From IMG/VR virus record IMGVR_UViG_3300044513_003620, positions 1 through 37,819 of that record: a stretch of DNA of 37,819 nucleotides. One strand, given 5' to 3'. The notes below the pieces were generated by a model. That model ran no database searches and was not told where the DNA came from. It saw only the letters and a program-made list of their open reading frames with translations. The stretch is from a virus. Taxonomy: Duplodnaviria; Caudoviricetes. Position numbers and translations under genes: made by a program. Each line of letters opens with the position of its first letter. The first letter of the stretch is position 1. Positions 10,524 to 17,482 of this stretch are shown piece by piece.

Positions 10524-10534
10524 TTTATTTGTTT

Positions 10535-11203
10535 TTATTTTTTAGAAAACATATAAACTTGTCCTTTCTTTTCTTTTAGGTTAAATCCTAAGTTTTTAAG
10601 TGCCTTGATTGATCTTGCAACGTCTTTTCCAGTGAACCCGTAAAATTCATGAAATTCAATTAATAATTTATCGAATTTGATAAGACTTTTTACGTTTTTA
10701 CTAATTAGTTTATATTCTCCACCTTCAATATCGATTATTAAAAAATTATGATCTTTAGTGAAGTCAGAAAGAGATTTAACTTTCACTGAAACGCCTTTAC
10801 CATTTTTGATAAATTCAGAACTACCTAGTATAAAGTCGGATACATTGAATATACCTGAATCTTTAGAAGGGTCCCCTATCATACAATTCACAATCTTAAA
10901 AGTACTAGAATTAAGCTCTTTATTCCTTTCAATAACTTCTATGAGGTTTGGGTTAGCCTCAATAAGGGTATGTGAATTACCTTTTATTTTTTCATTTATT
11001 CTAATTCCTAGAAAACCTATACACGCGCCTAATTCTAAAACTGAATCACTGTCTTCTAAATATTTAGAAAGAAGCTCTATTTCTTCACGTTCCCACATAC
11101 CTCGCTCCAGTCTCTCTTTTAAAGAATACTCACTTTGTGTAGACTTCTGATTGGTGTATTCGTCAGGTATGAATATTTGAAAATCTTGATGTTTAACTAT
11201 CAT
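10535..11203 (-). CDS. FkbM-family SAM-dependent methyltransferase
   Basis: VLELGACIG, IEANP, IDIEGGE and IEFH motifs. Confidence 0.9.
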   Translation of the reverse strand: MIVKHQDFQIFIPDEYTNQKSTQSEYSLKERLERGMWEREEIELLSKYLEDSDSVLELGACIGFLGIRINEKIKGNSHTLIEANPNLIEVIERNKELNSSTFKIVNCMIGDPSKDSGIFNVSDFILGSSEFIKNGKGVSVKVKSLSDFTKDHNFLIIDIEGGEYKLISKNVKSLIKFDKLLIEFHEFYGFTGKDVARSIKALKNLGFNLKEKKGQVYMFSKK

Positions 11204-11205
11204 TT

Positions 11206-11252
11206 TTAATTTATTTTGTTTTTTCCACTGAATGAATTTCCCTCTAAGTTAT
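11206..11252 (-). pseudogene. Relic 3' end of a homolog of gene 12052..12738
   Basis: Intergenic DNA translates to NLEGNSFSGKNKIN*, against NLEGNKFRGKNSINL* in the gene. 36/44 nt are identical without gaps (11209-11252 vs 12058-12101, hand alignment). Confidence 0.8.
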
Positions 11253-11296
11253 TTTTTACTGATGTAATTAACACTGGATTCAAATTTCTTAATTTA

Positions 11297-12052
11297 TTAC
11301 CATTTATGTTTAAATAGGACTAGTTTTTTCTTGTAGAACACTTGGCCTCTCTTATCCTGTGAAGTTCCCCTAGGACTTGGATAATGAGTATGGTTATGAA
11401 TATGATATGGCATTTCAAATATATTAAAATTATTTGTGGCGAATATGAAACATAGAAGCCATTGTTGTTTTGCATAATGGGTTAGCATCTCATCTATTTT
11501 TGGATATAAACCTGAGTATATATCCATAACCTTTTTCCAAGTTCTTTTGTTCATTGCAAGAACACCTGTGTTATATACCTTATGTTTATCTAAATCCAAC
11601 TCGAATTCTTCGTGAAATTTACCAGTTTTTCCTAGACGTTTAAATTCATTAGCAAGAGTATCATCTGGAGAAGCATTATACCCGACGTATATGTCTCCGT
11701 CTCTCATACTTCTTAAAAATTCTATTTCTTTCTTATTTAGTCTTCTTTGTATAATCATATCGCCGTCTGTGTATATAATTATATCATCATCATTTGTGTC
11801 ACTATCTAATTCTGGACAATATAAGAAATCTCCATGTTGAGCACAATTAATGCTGTTTGGTGCTCGAAAAGATTTCAAAGGTAAATAACCAACTCTTATT
11901 CTATTAAATGGCAAATTAACTTTATCTGGAGAATCGCTTACATAAACCAAGTAATTTAAATCGAAGTTTGAATTTAAATGGATTGACCTTAAATATGGGT
12001 GAATCTTTTTTAAATATCGCTCATCTGAACCAGTTGCTAGGACTATCTTCAT
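11297..12052 (-). CDS. GT-A fold glycosyltransferase (GT8-like)
   Basis: DxD motif IYTDGDMII, YNTGVLAM, downstream QQW and C-terminal FKH. Confidence 0.7.
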   Translation of the reverse strand: MKIVLATGSDERYLKKIHPYLRSIHLNSNFDLNYLVYVSDSPDKVNLPFNRIRVGYLPLKSFRAPNSINCAQHGDFLYCPELDSDTNDDDIIIYTDGDMIIQRRLNKKEIEFLRSMRDGDIYVGYNASPDDTLANEFKRLGKTGKFHEEFELDLDKHKVYNTGVLAMNKRTWKKVMDIYSGLYPKIDEMLTHYAKQQWLLCFIFATNNFNIFEMPYHIHNHTHYPSPRGTSQDKRGQVFYKKKLVLFKHKW

Positions 12053-12738
12053 TACAGATTTATTGAGTTTTTTCCTCTAAACTTATTTCCCTCTAAATTA
12101 TAGTTTATGAACGGGTTTAAGGAATATATGTTACACTTGTAATGTTTGTTCAGCTCATTCTTTACCTGGATTGTTTGTTCTTCTATTACACTTAGCCAAT
12201 TTACATATTCGTCCCAGTTTTTCCAAGGTGTTTCCGAAATATTAGAATAATATCCGTTAAATGTATGGTTACCATTGATTAATCCACAATCATGCCCACA
12301 TATTATTATATTAGACGCTCCAAGATAGGCAGCAACGTGGATTGCTGATGTTATTGTGGAATAGCTAACAATTATCTTATCTGATCCAATAACTGAGAAG
12401 TTTATTTTAGTATGTCGGTTATCTAGGTGGTCAAACTCATAGAAGCTGATACCTGGGTTTAGGTCTCTATTACTTATGTTTTTTCCTTTTCCTATATCTC
12501 CGCTGTCCCATTTAGAACATATTACCTTTGCCCCTGAGCTAATTGACTCTCGTATTTGTGATCCTTCTTTCCTAACTATGTAATCACATTTTACTTTTTT
12601 AAATGCTTGATTTACTCCTACTGTTATTTTATTTTTAAAGAAGTTAGGATCTATAAAATCTATAGAAGGACCTGATGCTATAACGTATATATCTGATCCT
12701 CTGTGAATGCCCTTTAGTTCTGATATATTCTTAATCAT
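12052..12738 (-). CDS. CstII/Maf-like putative CMP-ulosonate glycosyltransferase, paralog 2
   Basis: IYVIASGPS, ITVGVN, CDY and AAYLGASNIIICGHDC motifs. Confidence 0.7.
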   Translation of the reverse strand: MIKNISELKGIHRGSDIYVIASGPSIDFIDPNFFKNKITVGVNQAFKKVKCDYIVRKEGSQIRESISSGAKVICSKWDSGDIGKGKNISNRDLNPGISFYEFDHLDNRHTKINFSVIGSDKIIVSYSTITSAIHVAAYLGASNIIICGHDCGLINGNHTFNGYYSNISETPWKNWDEYVNWLSVIEEQTIQVKNELNKHYKCNIYSLNPFINYNLEGNKFRGKNSINL

Positions 12739-15194
12739 ATAGTTATTATTCTTTTACCTGAGTCTCTTACTACATTACTTATAAATCTCTCCATAGCGTG
12801 GGCTAAGGTTCCATCTGGAGCGTGACCCACCTCAAAATCCGTTAGATTCATTCTATTATCCTTAAAGGTTTTTTCTAGAATATTAAAATTTATCCAGAAC
12901 ATGGATCCAGCAAAGAAACTTAGCGTATCATCTTTAATGTCATATTTTCTTCTTAGATGATCTATTTTTTCCTGGTTTATGTTTTTTCCTGCCTTTTTAT
13001 CAAACGATGTTTTTCCCATCATGTATCTAGAATCTCCAATCATACCAATTGACATATCATCCATTTGATTTTCTATTTTTATATCGGCATGGGTTATTAA
13101 TGATTGGTAGAGGTTACGTCTCCATGTAGTTCCCTTACGCTCATTGATTAGCTTACTCTTTTTTCCATGTAATTTAAGGACCCAGTCGTATTTTAGACCT
13201 AGATCAAAGACATTATTAAGACATGTAAAGAATCCTCCGAAATCAGCTCCAATGTTCTCTATCTTATAAACTTTTGCATTCGGATATGTCATTAATATGT
13301 TTCTTTCAGTGTCTAAATTATCGGCACCTATTGTAACATATAGATCAAATTTAAATCCTATGTCCTTCAGGTGAGTTCTAAGTTCGTCCCACAAATCTGT
13401 ATAGTATAGGTGGCAAAATACAGCTATTCTCTTTTTTCCTAGATTAGGTTGCTCTTCTCGATTTATTCTAGATAATTCTCTTTGCCATAAGGATTCTATT
13501 TTAGAAAACTTAGTTTCAAATAAAGGTTTATTAGAATGCCAGGGCTTTGCTCCAACATAATGAATCACTTTAACATTACTATTAAAGTTATGAAAGTTAC
13601 GGTCCTGAAAGCATCTCTTTAAGCAGTTATAGTTTACACCAGCGCTGTGTAGATTTCCAGTAAAGAACGAATTCATGATGGTTTGATCCGCTAAAGACAT
13701 TTTACGCATTCCCATTGCGTGAGATATTAGTTGATCTCTGTATTTATTGATGCTGATTCTATTCGCTAAGAGCATGAATCCACCATTAAAATCGCTGACT
13801 GGGGTGTTAGTACTGTATTCTCCAGCGTCTGGGGTTACAATCATCTCATGGTCAAACTTAAATAAATCTGATAAATCAGATCTAATTAACATATCTGAGT
13901 CTAGATATAGAAGGTAATCGTATTTAGATACTTCTTCGAATATTTCAAATGTAAATAGAGAAGGTATAAATCTGAGTTGAGACGGGCTTCCAGTCTTCTT
14001 GAATTTATCTATGAGATTGACATACGGAGATTCATCTACCTCTGTAAACTTAATCTTATCATAAATGGAAGTCAGCAAGTTCATGCTGTCATGTGATAAT
14101 CCAGAATATGTACCATTGTATAGCACCACTATATCTCCTTTAAACCATGTATTATTTTTTAGGAATGATTGTATCATTACTTTAGCACCGATCATGAATT
14201 CGTCGTTGCATATTGTATACAAGGCAATATTTGAATTCAAAGCATCCTGGGAAACCTCTAGATCTGGATTATCGATGTCGAGCTGAATTAGCCTGCTATT
14301 TTTATTAAACTTGGGGAGGGTTTTACTAATTTTTTGATTATCAGTATATCTTTTTTGCTTTTTTACTTCTAAATCTTCAGCAGCTCTTTTACTTATCTTG
14401 GTTTCTATAGGTTTATATGCGAGTGATTCCCGATTTAGATTAGACCAAAAAGAATTTATTCTAGTGAACAAATTAGCCTCAGAGTTTTCTAGAGTGTTCA
14501 TATTAAGAGCCACAATAGACTTAGAGTATCTTACAAAGTTCGAATACCGAGACTTTGTAAATCTTGAAGAATCTACAAGATTATGCAAATCAATTATGTT
14601 GACTTCAATCTTAAATTCAAGTAAAGAGGAAGTAAATATGAGAGATTTTGAGCTAGGATCATGAAGACCATTAACTTCACTCATTATTTTAACAGCCCGC
14701 TTATACAAATTGTCTGATGTTTCAGATCCTGGTATATAGTAGAGTTTATAATTTACATCAAACCCTGAACCTTGGGGAAGCACTCCTGCTTTCCTTGCAG
14801 CTGTCACACATTCACCGTTGATAAATGGAATTACATCCTTATTGAATATTACAGAATTTGAGAAGAATATATTTCCCCTAGATTTTATCTTAAGAGCATA
14901 CAGATATAAGTACTCAGATATTACGCTTCGTTTTAAGGATTTCTTGTTTATTCTTTTTATTAGGTCCTTAGGGAATTCTAGGTCTACAACTCTGTATTCA
15001 ACATCATGATATATCCGCTGAATTTGAGATTCCTCGAAAGGAGTTAGAGAAATTGGATCAGTTGACAGTATTATGATTCGCCCAGTAAACCATTTGTTGT
15101 TTTTAATAAACGAGAAGACGGAGGTTCTAGTCCTATGGAACTCTCCGGGTCTATATTCAGTTATAGCGCAATATTCATCAATGTAATCCATCAA
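12735..15194 (-). CDS. Multidomain glycosyltransferase: degenerate GT8-like, GT8 and RgpF (rhamnan synthesis F) domains
   Basis: Central domain has YLDSDML, FNGG, ADQTIMN and HYVGAKPW. C-terminal domain has HLYYTDLW, NIGADFGGF, KLHGKKS, FFAGSMFW and LAHAMER. Confidence 0.85.
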   Translation of the reverse strand: MMDYIDEYCAITEYRPGEFHRTRTSVFSFIKNNKWFTGRIIILSTDPISLTPFEESQIQRIYHDVEYRVVDLEFPKDLIKRINKKSLKRSVISEYLYLYALKIKSRGNIFFSNSVIFNKDVIPFINGECVTAARKAGVLPQGSGFDVNYKLYYIPGSETSDNLYKRAVKIMSEVNGLHDPSSKSLIFTSSLLEFKIEVNIIDLHNLVDSSRFTKSRYSNFVRYSKSIVALNMNTLENSEANLFTRINSFWSNLNRESLAYKPIETKISKRAAEDLEVKKQKRYTDNQKISKTLPKFNKNSRLIQLDIDNPDLEVSQDALNSNIALYTICNDEFMIGAKVMIQSFLKNNTWFKGDIVVLYNGTYSGLSHDSMNLLTSIYDKIKFTEVDESPYVNLIDKFKKTGSPSQLRFIPSLFTFEIFEEVSKYDYLLYLDSDMLIRSDLSDLFKFDHEMIVTPDAGEYSTNTPVSDFNGGFMLLANRISINKYRDQLISHAMGMRKMSLADQTIMNSFFTGNLHSAGVNYNCLKRCFQDRNFHNFNSNVKVIHYVGAKPWHSNKPLFETKFSKIESLWQRELSRINREEQPNLGKKRIAVFCHLYYTDLWDELRTHLKDIGFKFDLYVTIGADNLDTERNILMTYPNAKVYKIENIGADFGGFFTCLNNVFDLGLKYDWVLKLHGKKSKLINERKGTTWRRNLYQSLITHADIKIENQMDDMSIGMIGDSRYMMGKTSFDKKAGKNINQEKIDHLRRKYDIKDDTLSFFAGSMFWINFNILEKTFKDNRMNLTDFEVGHAPDGTLAHAMERFISNVVRDSGKRIITI

Positions 15195-15825
15195 TTTTTC
15201 CTAAATCTTTTTCGTAATCGACATCTACTATACTATCACCTATTTCCATGAAGATCGTGTCAGTATTGTATAGATTGTCATTTAGTTTATTTATAGTTTT
15301 AGGATCCACTATACATATGAAATGACTAATCTCAAAGCATTTAGGATAATCCTGTCTTCTATATAGATTATGGTAGAATAATTGGGATCCTCTCATGTCT
15401 TCTTCCTCTTTTAGAATTAGAAACGGAGAAGTAGGAGGATCCTTTCTGCACAATAGACTAGTCGAGCCCTTTTCCTCAAAGAGCGAGATCGCCTGCTCAA
15501 CCATTGTCCAAGTTCGCTCAGGATATGTTAGATACAAGACGATTAGAATGTCATCTGATTTTAGATGATTGTCTATGTACCATTCAATTAGGCTCTTGGT
15601 GGATGCAGTGTCGTTTGAAACGGAATCAGGTCGATCGATCGTGTTAAATCCCCAGATTTTAGCCTTCTTTGAAACATCAGGATCATCAGTTAAAACATCG
15701 ACTTTTTCTGACATATCGCCAGGTATTCTTCCTGCTGTATAAGTAAAAAGCTTAAGGTTTTTTCTAGGAAAACCCTTGGATCCGGCCCTCGCCGGTATTA
15801 CTATTCTATAATTCATCGAATTCAT
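15178..15825 (-). CDS. neuA: CMP-ulosonate synthetase (acylneuraminate cytidylyltransferase, NeuA family)
   Basis: IVIPARAGSKGFPRKN, TDD, RP, LTYPER, RRQD and VDVD motifs. Confidence 0.9.
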   Translation of the reverse strand: MNSMNYRIVIPARAGSKGFPRKNLKLFTYTAGRIPGDMSEKVDVLTDDPDVSKKAKIWGFNTIDRPDSVSNDTASTKSLIEWYIDNHLKSDDILIVLYLTYPERTWTMVEQAISLFEEKGSTSLLCRKDPPTSPFLILKEEEDMRGSQLFYHNLYRRQDYPKCFEISHFICIVDPKTINKLNDNLYNTDTIFMEIGDSIVDVDYEKDLGKIDGLH

Positions 15826-16420
15826 TAAGCGTTATTTTTTCAAGATGTTCGACCTTGCTATCTTGGCTTAAGTTATATAACTTTGCACCTTTCTTTTCAA
15901 GAGCCTTACGTAACATCAAATAGCCAGCATTCACATCTCTCATGTATCCTAATCTAGAAAGAGAGTGTTTTCCGTCTTTCGGAGCATAGAAATGACCTTC
16001 GGTGAAATCTACTCCGATTAATCCTATGTTCCTGGCTCCCATCTTATATGCAATATTAACTGCAGCATAGGGAGAATTTAAGAAGTGATCCACCTTATCT
16101 GGATCGTCTAGGTCTGATATTCCCTTCTTGCCCAGATCAAACTTAACCATTCGTTCGTGTCTCCATCCCTTGACACAAGTTAGCATTGCTTTGACCTTTG
16201 AGTTATTCACAAGATCTTGGCGAACTTTAGAGAATCTGACTGGGTGATCCGTGATCACCAAATACGTAGGATCGAATGCGGCTGGAACATCATTAACCCC
16301 TATTGTTATGTAATTAGAGTGATGCTCTTTAAAATCCAATAGGGACATCCCACAACCACATACGATTATCTTTTCTCCCTCGTGGATATTATGAAATTCA
16401 TTAAGTCTTTTAACCAACAT
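15806..16420 (-). CDS. CstII/Maf-like putative CMP-ulosonate glycosyltransferase, paralog 3
   Basis: IIVCGCGMSL, ITIGVND, PTYLVITD and NSPYAAVNIAYKMGARNIGLIGVDF..HFY motifs. Confidence 0.7.
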   Translation of the reverse strand: MLVKRLNEFHNIHEGEKIIVCGCGMSLLDFKEHHSNYITIGVNDVPAAFDPTYLVITDHPVRFSKVRQDLVNNSKVKAMLTCVKGWRHERMVKFDLGKKGISDLDDPDKVDHFLNSPYAAVNIAYKMGARNIGLIGVDFTEGHFYAPKDGKHSLSRLGYMRDVNAGYLMLRKALEKKGAKLYNLSQDSKVEHLEKITLNEFDEL

Positions 16421-16422
16421 TC

Positions 16423-16451
16423 AAAACCTAGTCTTTAATATTTTATACAAT
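16423..16451 (+). promoter_or_regulatory. Putative early/middle promoter of dnaJ, AAAACC-N16-ATACAAT
   Basis: Matches the recurring motif and overlaps the opposite-strand promoter. Confidence 0.55.
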
Positions 16452-16470
16452 ATTAAATAACTATAGTTTA
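16442..16470 (-). promoter_or_regulatory. Putative phage early/middle promoter of the glycan operon, TAAACT-N16-GTATAAA
   Basis: Same boxes and 16-nt spacer as the sites at 22240-22268, 30961-30989 and 36558-36586. Confidence 0.6.
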
Positions 16471-16475
16471 CTATA

Positions 16476-17426
16476 TTGAAGAATTATTATGACATATTAG
16501 GGATATCTGGATCTGCGAGCGACTCAGAAATCAAGAAAGCATATCGAAAGATCGCTCATGAATTCCACCCGGATAAAAACTCTAGTCCTGGGGCAGAAGA
16601 AAAATTCAAAGCGGCCGCTGAGGCATATTCGATACTTGGAAACAAGGAAAAGAGAGATGAATACGACAGGTCCAGAAGATCAAGCACCTTTAACTTTGAT
16701 GATTTCGTGAACAACGAATTTAGATGGAATTCTAGAGATTCAGATTTTGGTAGAGACAGATTCAGACAGTCATATCATAGAGGGTCAACTAGATCCCAGC
16801 AAATGCCAGATACTAAATATCTAAATATTTACGAGAACCTAGAGGCAGACTTAGTTGATCTTGTGGAAGGAAAGCCAATCAATGTATCTTACATGAGACG
16901 TGCAGTAACTACTGACATGGAGAAGATCGACGAGGAAAAGACTCTAAACATTCACGTTGATTTAAGAAAGAAGAAGATTGAGATCGTGAAGAACTCAGCT
17001 GGGTACTCGATTAACGTAAAGTTAGAAGGACTTGGAAATGAAGACGTGTTTACTAGAGTAAATGCATGGGGAGACCAGGAGAGACTTCTTCTGTCTGGTG
17101 AATATCATCTCATAATAGACGTCAAAGTTCCGGAAGGAGTAGAGCTAGACGATGGAAACATAATTCAGTATGTCGACGTTCCTCTATCAAAGGTGCTATT
17201 TAAGGGAGAGAAGGTAAGAATAACTACGATCTTCGATAAATCATATGATGCTGAAATAAATCAGCCTAAGAAAATTAATAATTTAAAATTCAACATTAAG
17301 GAAGGAGGATACCTATCTAAGTCCGGGAGACTTGGTAATTACACCATCAAATTTAATGTTATTACTCCTGATCTTTCCGAAATTCCAGAAGAAGATCTTT
17401 CGATTCTAAAGAAGTATATAATATAG
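16476..17426 (+). CDS. dnaJ: DnaJ/CbpA-type co-chaperone (J domain plus C-terminal domain, no Zn finger)
   Basis: [32 protein letters not shown]; TTG start. Confidence 0.9.
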   Translation: MKNYYDILGISGSASDSEIKKAYRKIAHEFHPDKNSSPGAEEKFKAAAEAYSILGNKEKRDEYDRSRRSSTFNFDDFVNNEFRWNSRDSDFGRDRFRQSYHRGSTRSQQMPDTKYLNIYENLEADLVDLVEGKPINVSYMRRAVTTDMEKIDEEKTLNIHVDLRKKKIEIVKNSAGYSINVKLEGLGNEDVFTRVNAWGDQERLLLSGEYHLIIDVKVPEGVELDDGNIIQYVDVPLSKVLFKGEKVRITTIFDKSYDAEINQPKKINNLKFNIKEGGYLSKSGRLGNYTIKFNVITPDLSEIPEEDLSILKKYII

Positions 17427-17443
17427 TCGCTTTCATTTTTTTT

Positions 17444-17482
17444 AGGGTCTTCGTATATAAATAATAAAAAATCGAAGACTCT
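17444..17482 (+). promoter_or_regulatory. Late promoter TATAAATA (17456-17463) in the loop of a 10-bp hairpin that reaches the TTG start
   Basis: AGGGTCTTCG (17444-53) pairs with CGAAGACTCT (17473-82) with one G-U pair. Confidence 0.75.

Noticed and set aside
6480-16420. Host capsule locus joined by mis-assembly
   Set aside because: The cluster abuts the spike gene with a 1-nt gap, shares the phage promoter motif and lacks export genes. Read-level confirmation is still advisable.
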